Shown here: positions 40,568 to 50,348 of the stretch, one piece after another
How the letters are laid out: each line of letters begins with the position of its first letter
How positions within the stretch are numbered: the stretch's first letter is position 1
Assembly: GCA_965203485.1 (NCBI GenBank)
Contig: OZ241892.1
Span: 2,112,001 to 2,176,000 of the forward strand
Origin: Longimicrobiales bacterium
GTDB taxonomy: Bacteria > Gemmatimonadota > Gemmatimonadetes > Longimicrobiales > Gaopeijiaceae
DNA length: 64,000 bases
Direction of reading: 5' to 3'
Notes under the pieces: model-generated
Told to the model about the DNA's origin: nothing
The model's input: the letters and a program-made list of their open reading frames with translations, nothing else
The model's database searches: none
Translations under genes and position numbers: made by a program

Positions 40568-42729
40568 ACCAGCCCCGAGAGGCCATGGCCAGTCCTGCCG
40601 AGCCCCGAGACGCCACGGCCGACCCCGCCGCGGGCCGAGACGCTTCCGCCGCCGCTCCCGTCCCCGGCGACGGCGCTTCCATTCCCTCCATGGACGCTCT
40701 CGACCGCAAGGCCGCGGACGCCTTTCCCGGCTACCTGGTGCGCAAGGACCTGGTTCGGCGCTACGCCCGCCAGTACCCGGTGCCCACCTACGTCGTGGAG
40801 TTCCTGCTGGGCCGCTACTGCGCCAGCGTGAACGAAGACGAGATCGCCGAAGGACTCGCCATCGTCGAGAAGCAGCTGGAGGGACGCACGGTGCGCCCGG
40901 GGGACCGCGAGGTCTTTCGCTCTCGCGCCCGGGAGGACGGATCGGTGAAGCTCATCGACGTGGTGCGCGTGCGGCTGGACGCCCAGAACGACCGCTACGT
41001 GGCCGAGCTGCCCAGCTTGTCGCTGAAGGACGCGCGCATAGGCGACGGGATCGTCAAGCGCAACCAGCGGCTGCTGTCCGACGGCTTCTATGCGGAAGTG
41101 TCGCTGGAATACGACGCGGTGGTCGCGCTGGAGGAGAAGGGGCAGCCGTTCGGCGTGGCCTCGCTTCGTCCGGTGCAGATGTCGGATCCCAACGTGCTCG
41201 ACGTGCTGGCCAAGGGCCGCGAGGCGTTCAGCACGGCCGAGTGGCTGGACTTCCTGCTTCGCTCCACGGGACTGGAGCCCGGAGCGATGGACGAGGCGGC
41301 CAAGCGCGTGGCGCTCCTGCGCCTGGTGCCGTTCGTGGAGCGCAACTACAACTTGGTGGAACTGGGGCCGCGGGGCACTGGAAAGAGTCACGCGTACCAG
41401 CAGATATCGCCTTTCTCTCACTTGTTGTCGGGAGGCAAGGCGACGGTCGCGAAGATGTTCGTCAACATGGCCAGCGGGCAGCGCGGCCTGGTCTGCCAGT
41501 ACGACGTGGTGTGCTTCGACGAGATCGCCGGCATTTCGTTCGACCAGAAGGACGGCGTGAACATCATGAAGGGGTACATGGCGTCGGGCGAGTTCAGCCG
41601 GGGCAAGGAGAGCATCCGCGCAGAGGGATCGCTGGTCATGGTCGGCAACTTCGACGTCTCGGTCGAGCAGCAGCAGCGCATCGGCCACTTGCTGAGCCCC
41701 CTGCCCCCCCAGATGCGCGACGACACGGCCTTTCACGACCGCATTCACGCCTACGCGCCGGGCTGGGACTTTCCCAAGCTGGATCCGCGCAAGCACCTGA
41801 CCGACCGCTTCGGGTTGGTCAACGACTTCCTGAGCGCGTGCTGGACGCGGTTGCGCGAGACGACCCGCCTTCCGGTCCTGCAGAACCGCGTCTTCTGGGG
41901 CGGCGCCATGTCCGGCAGGGACATCGAAGCCGCCAACAAGACGGTCTCGGGCCTCCTCAAGCTCCTGTTCCCGGGCCCCGCCATGGCCGTGGAGGACGAG
42001 GACCTGGAGTGGGTCGCGCGCTTGGCCCTGGAGTCGCGCCGCCGCGTCAAGGAACAGCAGAAGCGGTGCCTGAAGGCCGAATTTCGCGACACGCACTTCT
42101 CCTTCGTCCTGGGCGTGGACGGTCCGGAACGGTTCGTCGCCACTCCGGAACTGCGAAGCGACGAAGCGATCAGCGCCGACCCCCTGCCCGCCGGCCAGAT
42201 CTGGTCGATCGGCCCGGGCACGGAGGGAACCGGTCCCGGCCTTCACCGCATAGAGGTCGCGTCCGGTCCCGGCAGCGGCGCCAAGATCCTCAACCACCCG
42301 GCGCCGCCCTCGTTTCGCGAAAGCGTGCGCATCGGCGAGCAGAACTTGTACGCCCGGGCCGCCGAGCTGGTCGGCCACCGCGACGCCCGCGGCCACGAGT
42401 ACGCGATTCAGCTGCGCCCGTTCGACGCCGACCGTTCCGGCGCGGGCCTGGGCTTGGCGGTGCTGGCGGCCATGACCGGCGCGTTGCTGGATCGTCGCAC
42501 GCGGGGCGGCGCCATCGTGGCGGGCGCCCTCAACCTGGGCGGATCGCTCGAGCGCGTGGCCGATCCGGTCGCGATCGCCGAACTCGCCGCTGACAAGCAG
42601 GCATCCGTCCTCCTGATGCCCGTGGGCGCCCGGCGCGAACTGGCGAACCTGCCCGACGACGTCTGGACCAAGCTCAACATCGAGTTCTACCGCGACGGCC
42701 CGGACGCGGTGTTCAAGGTGCTGGAGTAA
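40564..42729 (+). CDS. brxL: BREX Lon-like protein BrxL
   Basis: VRKDLV..VPTYVVEFLLGRYC, ELGPRGTGKSH, CFDEIAG, MKGYMASGEFSRG, C-terminal Lon-like domain. Start may be ATG 40690. Confidence 0.93.
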   Translation: MNQPREAMASPAEPRDATADPAAGRDASAAAPVPGDGASIPSMDALDRKAADAFPGYLVRKDLVRRYARQYPVPTYVVEFLLGRYCASVNEDEIAEGLAIVEKQLEGRTVRPGDREVFRSRAREDGSVKLIDVVRVRLDAQNDRYVAELPSLSLKDARIGDGIVKRNQRLLSDGFYAEVSLEYDAVVALEEKGQPFGVASLRPVQMSDPNVLDVLAKGREAFSTAEWLDFLLRSTGLEPGAMDEAAKRVALLRLVPFVERNYNLVELGPRGTGKSHAYQQISPFSHLLSGGKATVAKMFVNMASGQRGLVCQYDVVCFDEIAGISFDQKDGVNIMKGYMASGEFSRGKESIRAEGSLVMVGNFDVSVEQQQRIGHLLSPLPPQMRDDTAFHDRIHAYAPGWDFPKLDPRKHLTDRFGLVNDFLSACWTRLRETTRLPVLQNRVFWGGAMSGRDIEAANKTVSGLLKLLFPGPAMAVEDEDLEWVARLALESRRRVKEQQKRCLKAEFRDTHFSFVLGVDGPERFVATPELRSDEAISADPLPAGQIWSIGPGTEGTGPGLHRIEVASGPGSGAKILNHPAPPSFRESVRIGEQNLYARAAELVGHRDARGHEYAIQLRPFDADRSGAGLGLAVLAAMTGALLDRRTRGGAIVAGALNLGGSLERVADPVAIAELAADKQASVLLMPVGARRELANLPDDVWTKLNIEFYRDGPDAVFKVLE

Positions 42730-42777
42730 GGTTCGCGTCCGGCTCCGCGTGCTGCCGGGCCGCGCTGGGAAAGCCTC

Positions 42778-43977
42778 TCACGCCGGCCGCGTCGTCCGCT
42801 CCACGCGCGGCATCGTCCTACGCAGGTATTGGTCGAAGAGCGGGACCGTGAACGCGGTGTCGCCATGGGCCGGGCTGTAGATCATCCCCTTCTCGATCAG
42901 TTGCGCGCGCGTCGGCGCCACGGACGTGACCGCCTTGCCGAGAACGTCGGCGATCCCTCCCGAGCGATGGGGACCCGGGCCGAGTTCGGCCATCGCTCGC
43001 AAGTACCGCTTCTGCGCCGGCGCGAGTCGCTCGAAGCGCACTCGAAAGAAGGCGGCGTCCAAGTCGGCCACGGCGGCGGCGGTGGCGGCATCCACGTTTG
43101 CCACGGTGATCGGCGAGCTCTCCGCCACGTCCCAGCAGTGCTTTCCCCATTCCTGGAGGAAGTAGGGATAGCCGTGGGTGCGCCGGATGATCGCGTGCAC
43201 TGCCGCCCTCTCGTACAGAACGCCGTGGGGCCGCGCCGGCGCTTCCAAGGCGAGGGCGGCGGGTTCGTCCTCCAGCGGCCCGACGTCGGCAACGCTGAAG
43301 AGGCGCTCCGCATAGGACCTCGCTTCGCCGGCGCGAGCGACGATCTGCGGAAGTCCGGCGCCCACGAGAGCGACCGGCAACTGCGTTTGGGCGATCCGGT
43401 GAAAGGCGGTGATCAGCGCCCCGAATTCGCGCCGCTCCAGGTACTGCAGTTCGTCCACGAAAAGAGCCAGGGCGGTCTTGCTTCCATGAGCCGCTTCCCC
43501 GGCGACCCGCAACAAGTCCCAGAGGTCGTGTTCGAGATTGCCGCTGTCGGCGACGCCGGGTTCGGCGTCCAACGCCAAGCCGAATTCGAGGCCCTGATGC
43601 TTGACCCTCGCCGCCGACACGAAGCCGCCCAGCACCCGAAGCGCGCGCTTGGTCAAGTCCCCTGCCGCCGCCCGCCGGCTCATCTTCACCAGCGTCGCGT
43701 GCAGGGGCGCCGTGAGCAACGCCGGCAACGAACCGCCCTCGGGCGCTTCCACCACCACGGTCGCGAACCCCCGGTCGGCCGCGTCCATTGCGATCCGATT
43801 CAACAGGACGGTCTTGCCGACGCCCCGCAGTCCCACGGCCACCATGCACTTGGCCGCCAGTCCGTTGCGGATCCGGTCCAGGGCGATGCTGGCCTCTTCC
43901 AGCAGCCTGTTGCGGCCGGCCAGCTCCGGCGGAGGCGTCCCGGCTCCGGGAGAATAGGGGTTCGTGCGGGGATCCAT
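42778..43977 (-). CDS. P-loop ATPase (AAA_16-like) with C-terminal winged helix
   Basis: NPYSPGAG.PP.LAGR, GLRGVGKT, FVDELQ, GYPYFLQ, R..LI.KG.IY. Confidence 0.85.
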   Translation of the reverse strand: MDPRTNPYSPGAGTPPPELAGRNRLLEEASIALDRIRNGLAAKCMVAVGLRGVGKTVLLNRIAMDAADRGFATVVVEAPEGGSLPALLTAPLHATLVKMSRRAAAGDLTKRALRVLGGFVSAARVKHQGLEFGLALDAEPGVADSGNLEHDLWDLLRVAGEAAHGSKTALALFVDELQYLERREFGALITAFHRIAQTQLPVALVGAGLPQIVARAGEARSYAERLFSVADVGPLEDEPAALALEAPARPHGVLYERAAVHAIIRRTHGYPYFLQEWGKHCWDVAESSPITVANVDAATAAAVADLDAAFFRVRFERLAPAQKRYLRAMAELGPGPHRSGGIADVLGKAVTSVAPTRAQLIEKGMIYSPAHGDTAFTVPLFDQYLRRTMPRVERTTRPA

Positions 43978-44138
43978 GGGCTTCTTCGCAGGCGATTTTG
44001 AGTGAAGTTATCCCAGTTTATCCAAAAATGATAATATGGGGTAAGATCGCTCAAATCCTGGTGTTGGCCGTCCCTGGAGTCGCTTGGCGCGCTCTTGGTT
44101 CGCCAGAAGTCCCCGGCCCCGCCGGCCTTCCCCGCCCG

Positions 44139-45317
44139 TCACGCATCAACCGGCCGCGTCGCGTTCAATCGCCGCACGACGTCCTCCACGGTCACCGCCT
44201 CCACGCCGCGCCGCAACGGGAAGCTGTCGTCGCCGGCGTGGACGACGTACTTGCGTGTGGGCCGAAGGTCGTCGCAGGCCGCGTGGAAGCCTCGTGAGAC
44301 CGACGGGACCGAGCTTCGCTTGACCTCGATCGCCCACAGCTCGCCGGCGCCCAGGTCGAGCGCCAAGTCGATCTCGGCGCCGCCACGGGTCCGGTAGTAG
44401 CCCCCCTGGGCGTGGACGGGGGCGGCGCCCAGGATGCTCTCGAGGACGAACCCCTCCCAGCTTCCGCCGACGACGGGATGGCCCAGGAGGGAGTCGTAGG
44501 ACTCGATTCCGAGCAAGGCGTGGCAGACGCCGCTGTCCCGCAAGTAGGTCTTGGGCGCCTTCACCAAGCGCTTGCCGACGTTGCTGGACCACGAGGAAAG
44601 GCGGCGCGCGAGCAGCAAGTCCACCATGAGGTCGAGGTAGCGGCCGACCGTCACGCCCTTCACGCCGAGGCTGCGCGCCAGCAAGGCGGCGTTGAACGCT
44701 TGGCCTTGGTTGTGGGCCAGCATCGTCCAGAAGCGGCGGAGCGTCTCGCTCGGGATGCGGGGGCCGAGCGCGGGGATGTCGCGTTCGAGATACGTCCGCG
44801 CGAAGTCAAAGCGCCACTCGAAGCTGGCGCGGTCGTCGCCGGCCAGGAAGCTCTCGGGCAGGCCGCCCCGCAACCAGAGTTCGTCGCGAGCGCCCTGGGG
44901 AACCTCGCCAACGTTCAGCGGGCGGAGCTCGAAGTGCGCGACGCGACCCGCCAAGGTCTCGCCCGACTGCCGAAGCAGGTCCAACGACGCCGAGCCGAGG
45001 AAGAGGAAGTGTCCCGCCCGCCGGCCCTCGCGTCCGCGCTCGTCGATGATGCCGCGCAAAGGCTCGAACAGACCGGGCATCCGCTGGATCTCGTCGAAGA
45101 CGACGAGTCGGCCGGCATGGCGCGCGCAATAGCGCTCGACGTCCGCGAGCTTGGCGGCGTCGCTGGGGCGCTCCAGGTCGACGTAGGCCGCGTCTCGTTC
45201 CCGTGCGATCTCGAGAGCGAGGGTCGTCTTGCCGACTTGGCGCGTGCCCGTGAGCACGACGGCGGGCGCGCGGTCCAGCATGCCCTGGACCACCGCCTTG
45301 GCTTGGCGCGGGATCAT
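44139..45317 (-). CDS. AAA_14 ATPase with DUF4143 domain
   Basis: GTRQVGKT, FDEIQ, ETLAGR, RGGLP, KAPKTYLRDSG, EIDL..AIEVK; GGAGG RBS before ATG 45317. Confidence 0.9.
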   Translation of the reverse strand: MIPRQAKAVVQGMLDRAPAVVLTGTRQVGKTTLALEIARERDAAYVDLERPSDAAKLADVERYCARHAGRLVVFDEIQRMPGLFEPLRGIIDERGREGRRAGHFLFLGSASLDLLRQSGETLAGRVAHFELRPLNVGEVPQGARDELWLRGGLPESFLAGDDRASFEWRFDFARTYLERDIPALGPRIPSETLRRFWTMLAHNQGQAFNAALLARSLGVKGVTVGRYLDLMVDLLLARRLSSWSSNVGKRLVKAPKTYLRDSGVCHALLGIESYDSLLGHPVVGGSWEGFVLESILGAAPVHAQGGYYRTRGGAEIDLALDLGAGELWAIEVKRSSVPSVSRGFHAACDDLRPTRKYVVHAGDDSFPLRRGVEAVTVEDVVRRLNATRPVDA

Positions 45318-45502
45318 GGAGCCTCCGAATCCGGCATGGCGCAACTACGCAAATGTAACACAGCATATGCGATTTGCACCTACGCAAGCACCGACGACAA
45401 TCGAACTACAGCTCTCCTGCGCCCCGCCGACGCCAACGACGAGGACGCCGCGAAGCCCGCCGAAAAGGAACGCCGCGGACCTGCTGCTCGGCGGCTGACG
45501 AC

Positions 45503-46786
45503 CTAGCGACCCCCCAGCACGGCCGCGATCTCCACCAGCGCGTCTTCCAGCTCCGACCGCTCCACGGTCAAGGGCGGCGCGAACCGAACCACCTGCTCGT
45601 GCGTCTCCTTGGCGAGGATCCCCCGTTTCTGGAGCGCCTCGCAGAAGGGCCGCGCCGTGCCGGAGGACTCTCGGATCACGACGCCGATCATCAGGCCCTT
45701 GCCCCGCACCTCCTCGACGTGCGGCGACGGAATCGCCCGCAGCCGCTCCATGAACCAGCGGCCCAGCTCGTCGGAGCGCCGCGACAAGTCCTCCTCCAGC
45801 ACCACCCGCAGCGACGCCCGGCCGACCGCCGCGCCCAGCGGATTGCCGCCGAACGTCGAGCCGTGGTCGCCCGGACGAAACACGTCCATGAACTCGGAGT
45901 CCGTGATCACCGCCGACACCGGGTACACGCCGCCGCCCAGCGCCTTGCCAACGACGAGCACGTCGGGCCGCACGTCTTCCCACTCGCAGCAGAACAGCCG
46001 GCCCGCGCGGCCCAGGCCCGTCTGAATCTCGTCGGCCACAAACGCCACGCCGTTCTCGCGGCAGAGCGCCGCCGCCGCCGCCAAGTAGCCTTCGGGCGGC
46101 ACCACCACGCCCGCCTCGCCCTGGATCGGCTCGACCAGGAAGGCCGCCGTGTTCGGTCCCACCGCCGCGCGCAACGCCTCGATGTCGCCGTACGGCACGA
46201 GCTTGAAGCCCGGCGTGAACGGCCCGAATCCCTCGCGGTACTGCTCTTCCGACGAGAAGCCCACGATGGTCGTCGTGCGGCCGTGGAAGTTGTCCTCGCA
46301 CACGACGATCTCGGCTTGGCCGACCGGGATTCCGCGCGTCTCGTAGCCCCACTTGCGCACCATCTTGACGGCGGTCTCGACGGCTTCCGCGCCCGTGTTC
46401 ATGGGCAGGGCCGCCTCGTAGCCCGCCGCCTCGCACAGCTCGCGCAGGAACGGCCCCATCTGGTCGTTGTGGAAAGCGCGCGAAGTGAGCGTGAGCCGCT
46501 CCATCTGGGTCTGCGCCGCGGCCATGATCGCGGGATGGCGGTGCCCCTGGTTGAGAGCCGAGTAGGCACTCAGCATGTCCAGGTAGCGGTTGCCCTCCAC
46601 GTCCCAGACCCAAGCCCCCTCGCCGCGGTCCAGCACGACGGGCAACGGCAGGTAGTTGCGGGCGGACCAGCGCTCGGCTTCGTCCAGGTAGGCCGTCGTG
46701 CGCTCGGCGGAGGCCGCTACGGGGCCCAGGGCGCCGGGCGCGGTGGTCGAAGAACGACGGGGCGCGGTAGCGGTGGCAGAGGTCAT
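45503..46786 (-). CDS. rocD: Ornithine--oxo-acid aminotransferase
   Basis: LSAYSALNQGHRHP, LTLTSRAF, MNTGAEAVETA.K..RKWGY, EPIQGEAG, GKALGGG, HGSTFGGNPL. Confidence 0.93.
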   Translation of the reverse strand: MTSATATAPRRSSTTAPGALGPVAASAERTTAYLDEAERWSARNYLPLPVVLDRGEGAWVWDVEGNRYLDMLSAYSALNQGHRHPAIMAAAQTQMERLTLTSRAFHNDQMGPFLRELCEAAGYEAALPMNTGAEAVETAVKMVRKWGYETRGIPVGQAEIVVCEDNFHGRTTTIVGFSSEEQYREGFGPFTPGFKLVPYGDIEALRAAVGPNTAAFLVEPIQGEAGVVVPPEGYLAAAAALCRENGVAFVADEIQTGLGRAGRLFCCEWEDVRPDVLVVGKALGGGVYPVSAVITDSEFMDVFRPGDHGSTFGGNPLGAAVGRASLRVVLEEDLSRRSDELGRWFMERLRAIPSPHVEEVRGKGLMIGVVIRESSGTARPFCEALQKRGILAKETHEQVVRFAPPLTVERSELEDALVEIAAVLGGR

Positions 46787-47018
46787 TGCGAAGCCCATGG
46801 AATGCGTGAAGTGTCGCCGTGGTCGTCCCAGGCGCGCTCTCCTTTTGGAAGGATCAAGGGCGGCCCGGATCGCGAACAACACCAAATCTAGCGCGACGAA
46901 CGGGATTCCGCGCACGGCAGGCCGCCCGCGGCCACAGGCGCGAGCCCTCCACGCTGGTCGGTCACCAGGATGCGATGAACTCCGCCGTTCGATGCCGACC
47001 GCAATGCCCCGTCCTGCT

Positions 47019-48599
47019 TCACATCCCCCAGACTTCGATCTCGGGGCCGTCCGCCGGCGTCTCGGCACGGCGAAAGATCTTGTCCGTCCACGATCGTCCT
47101 TCGCGCCGGTCGAACACAATCAAGTGCCCAGCGTCGGCGTCGCACCGGTCCATGTAGCGCGCAGTCTGTTCCAAGCCCTTGGCCACCGTGCGCTTGCGAC
47201 TCGACCGCAACACCTTGCACTCGACCACGAACCGTTGTTCGCGCTCGTCCGCCGCCACCGGCCACAGTACCAGAAGATCGGTGCGCCAGCGTCCGAGTCC
47301 GTACTCGCGTTCGATGCGGCCACCGCTGTTCACGACCCGCTGCAAGAACGCCTGGAGGAGAAGCTGTGGTCCGGCTTCCCGGTACTGGAAGCGGCCCATC
47401 CAGTGCTCGGAGTTGGCCCGGAAGAACACCTGGAACGCCTCCAGCAAGCCCGGCATGTCCAGCCGGCCCGCGTCGTCCACGTACCAAGTGGGCTCGGCCT
47501 CCATTTCCTCTTGGGCGGCCCACGTCAGCTCGCGCGGGATCACCTCGGCGTAGATGGGATTCGCCACGCGCAACGGTCTGCTTGCCGCCACGAGCCCCAA
47601 GTCCCGGACATACTCCAGGTCGCGGTCCGCGAACTCGGCCTCGTCGCTTCCGCTCAGCATCGGCTCGACGACCCGGCGCACGCGTTCTTCCTTGAGCTTG
47701 TCGGCGAGCTGGTCCAGATGCGTCTCCCGCCGGGCGATTAGTCGTTCTTGCGCGGCCCGGATCGCGGCCGTTCCGATGACCCGCGATCGATCGCGCCCCG
47801 CCTTGTCCTCGAAGCACGCTTCAGCGGCAAGGGCGTTGACCAGCCAGGGCTGGCCCCGGGTCTGCCTCCACACGAGGTCCAGCGCCTCGGACGCGAACGA
47901 CTGCCCTGTTTCGGCCGTGTGCTGCTGCAGGAGCGCGGTCGTCTCGGCGACGGAGAAGTCGCCCAGGCGCAGAGACTTGGCCTTGACGTTGAAGGCGCTT
48001 CCGCCGGTCACGAGTTCGTTGGCGGACCTGGAGCGGATGCGGTAGTCGCGCACGTCCCGCACGCCGCAGAGCGCCAAGCTCTGAGGGAACGCGCCGGGAC
48101 GCTGGTCGTACCCGGACCGCAGCTGGCGCAACGCCGACAGCAGGGAATCCCCCGCCAGGGCGTCGATTTCGTCGATCAGCACGACCACGGGCCGGTCGCC
48201 GGCTTGGCACCAGCGCGTCAGCGCCTCGCCCAGCGCCGCGGGGCCGAACTCCGCGAAGATGCCGGGCCATTCCTTGGCCAGGAAGTCGTCGCCGAGCGCG
48301 ACCCGGGCTCTGGACGCCAAGACGCCGAGGACGATGCGCACGGCCTGTTCGACGTCGTCCCGAGCCGTCTGCGCCGCCTCGACGTTCGCATAGACGCAAC
48401 GGTACCGTCCTTGCGCGTTGAGCAGGTCGCGCAATGCGAGCAAAGTGGACGTCTTTCCGGTCTGGCGCGGAGCGTGAAGCACGAAGTACTTGCGCTGATC
48501 GACGAGGGACAACACGTCGCCGAGGTCCACGCGCTCCAACGGCGGTATGCAATAGTGGCGCTCGCGCTCCACGGGGCCCGCGGTGTTGAAGAAGCGCAC
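47019..48599 (-). CDS. AAA-like ATPase with C-terminal PD-(D/E)xK-like domain
   Basis: RFFNTAGP, HAPRQTGKT, IDEID, GQPWLVNAL, REYGLGR.RTDL..VVECK; GTG 48599. Confidence 0.85.
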   Translation of the reverse strand: MRFFNTAGPVERERHYCIPPLERVDLGDVLSLVDQRKYFVLHAPRQTGKTSTLLALRDLLNAQGRYRCVYANVEAAQTARDDVEQAVRIVLGVLASRARVALGDDFLAKEWPGIFAEFGPAALGEALTRWCQAGDRPVVVLIDEIDALAGDSLLSALRQLRSGYDQRPGAFPQSLALCGVRDVRDYRIRSRSANELVTGGSAFNVKAKSLRLGDFSVAETTALLQQHTAETGQSFASEALDLVWRQTRGQPWLVNALAAEACFEDKAGRDRSRVIGTAAIRAAQERLIARRETHLDQLADKLKEERVRRVVEPMLSGSDEAEFADRDLEYVRDLGLVAASRPLRVANPIYAEVIPRELTWAAQEEMEAEPTWYVDDAGRLDMPGLLEAFQVFFRANSEHWMGRFQYREAGPQLLLQAFLQRVVNSGGRIEREYGLGRWRTDLLVLWPVAADEREQRFVVECKVLRSSRKRTVAKGLEQTARYMDRCDADAGHLIVFDRREGRSWTDKIFRRAETPADGPEIEVWGM

Positions 48600-48601
48600 G
48601 G

Positions 48602-49561
48602 TTACGCGTGCCTGGTCACCGACCTCGACGGCTCCTCGTTGACCGACAGCGTGAAGACGTCGGGCCGCGCATAGTGGCCGACGACGTCGAAGTCGAACTT
48701 GCCGCGGGCGATGTCGCCCATGTCGAGGTCCGCGTACAGGATGCCCGGCTCGCCCAGGAGGGGTCCGGCGACGGAGCGGCCCAGAGGGTCGTAGATGGAG
48801 GTGCCGCCGGGGCACAGAACATCGGGCCAGCCCGACAGCTCGTCGAGGATCTCCAGGTCGGCGGGGTAGTGCTCCTTGGTAACGAACTGGTTGCATCCTA
48901 TGACGAAGCAACGTCCTTCGAGCGCGATGTGGCGAAGCGTCGCCTGCCAGCGGTCGCGGGCGTCCGCCGTGGGCGCCAAGTAGATCTGCACGCCCTTGCC
49001 GTACATGGCCATGCGGGCCAGCGGCATGTAGTTCTCCCAACAGATGAGGCCGCCGATCTTGCCGAAGGGCGTCTCGACGACCGGGAGCGTGCTCCCGTCT
49101 CCTTCGCCCCAGACGAGGCGCTCGGCGGCGGTCGGCTTGAGCTTGCGGTGAAGGCCGGCCAGTTCGCCCCCGGGCGAGAAGTACAGCAGGGTGCAGAAGA
49201 GCGTGCCGGGCGCGTGGGCCGCGTCGCGTTCGATGACGCCCACGGCCACGTAGGCGCCGGCCTTGCGGGCCGCCTCGGCGATGCGCTCGGTCTCGGGGCC
49301 GGGCACGGAGACCGCCGCGTCGTGGTAGCGTCCGAACGTGCGCCGGCCGGCCGGCTTGCGTCCGCCGACGGCCGTGCCGAACGCCAAGCCCCACGGATAG
49401 CCGCCCACGAAGGCCTCGGGAAAGACGACGAGCTGGGCCCCCTGCGCGGCGGCTTCGGCGGTGGCGGAGCAGATGCGGTCCACGGCATGCGCCGAGTCGA
49501 AGGGAAAACCGCGCGGCTGCACGGCGGCCACGCGGACGGTGTCGGCGGGGGCTTCGGTCAC
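48602..49561 (-). CDS. Nitrilase (carbon-nitrogen hydrolase)
   Basis: Glu-Lys-Cys triad: FPEAF, HRKLKPT, ICWENYMPL; terminal FDVVGHYARPDVF. Confidence 0.93.
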   Translation of the reverse strand: MTEAPADTVRVAAVQPRGFPFDSAHAVDRICSATAEAAAQGAQLVVFPEAFVGGYPWGLAFGTAVGGRKPAGRRTFGRYHDAAVSVPGPETERIAEAARKAGAYVAVGVIERDAAHAPGTLFCTLLYFSPGGELAGLHRKLKPTAAERLVWGEGDGSTLPVVETPFGKIGGLICWENYMPLARMAMYGKGVQIYLAPTADARDRWQATLRHIALEGRCFVIGCNQFVTKEHYPADLEILDELSGWPDVLCPGGTSIYDPLGRSVAGPLLGEPGILYADLDMGDIARGKFDFDVVGHYARPDVFTLSVNEEPSRSVTRHA

Positions 49562-49616
49562 TTGAGCGAGCGCTCCTTCGTCGAGGGATGGGGACGCTGG
49601 CGGCCTGGGGGCGGGG

Positions 49617-50348
49617 CTATTCGCAAGCCCACAGGCAAAACTGAACCAAGCTGCTGCTCCGCTCCCCGTCGATTCGCACGAGGTGGTGGTCGGTCCCGCG
49701 CGGGTCTCGCCAGCTGGTGGCCACGCCGTACGTGGCGTCCTGAAAGCGAAACAGGCCGTCCCAGACGGATTCGTCGTCGCCGGTCGGCCACGGCCTCCGT
49801 CCAAGCCCCAGTCTCGCTTCGACGTCCGGCAGGCCGGGGACGTCCGACTCCGCGAGCACTTCGTCCGGGCGGCGTGAAAAAGCCACGGCCTGCAGAGGCC
49901 CGTCCCGGGGGAGAACGCTGATGCGCAGTCTCCAGGCCCAGCCTTCGGTCATCACCAAGCTGCTGACGACGCGAGCGACCATGCCGCCGCCCGGACCGGC
50001 TGCAACGTCGTCCGCCGACCCAGGGAACAGCCACGAGATCGGCGGCGCGATCCTGGGGGAGCGGCGGTTGCTCCAGTCCAACGGGAAGACCGACTCGACC
50101 GCGCGGGCATCGACCCGGCCGAGCGAATCCACGGCGATCTCAATCCGGGCGGATGACTCGATCCACGCCTTCCGCCAAGCCGTTCCGTCCCACCGCGCGA
50201 ACGGCGTGAGATCGCTTGAGTTGCCCCAAGGGCGTGGCAAGACCACGCCGACCCACAACGTCTCGTCGGACTCCGCATCCATCGGCGGCTCGCAGGCGAG
50301 CGCTCCGGCGGACGCCGCCACAGCAGCGATCGCGAAGCAACGGGTCAT
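49617..50348 (-). CDS. Putative lipoprotein, paralog of the adjacent gene
   Basis: Signal with lipobox-like ALAC; shares LWVG, IEIAVDS, SPRIA, RPDEVL, GLFRF, IDGERS with 50349-51227. Confidence 0.65.
   Translation of the reverse strand: MTRCFAIAAVAASAGALACEPPMDAESDETLWVGVVLPRPWGNSSDLTPFARWDGTAWRKAWIESSARIEIAVDSLGRVDARAVESVFPLDWSNRRSPRIAPPISWLFPGSADDVAAGPGGGMVARVVSSLVMTEGWAWRLRISVLPRDGPLQAVAFSRRPDEVLAESDVPGLPDVEARLGLGRRPWPTGDDESVWDGLFRFQDATYGVATSWRDPRGTDHHLVRIDGERSSSLVQFCLWACE

Noticed and set aside
45349..45377. GCAAAT-N17-ATTTGC inverted repeat upstream of the DUF4143 ATPase
   Set aside because: Six-base arms only; cannot be distinguished from chance without comparative data.
18400..45400. 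Integrase, att sites or tRNA bounding the defence island
   Set aside because: No recombinase gene, tRNA or flanking direct repeat was recognised by eye.
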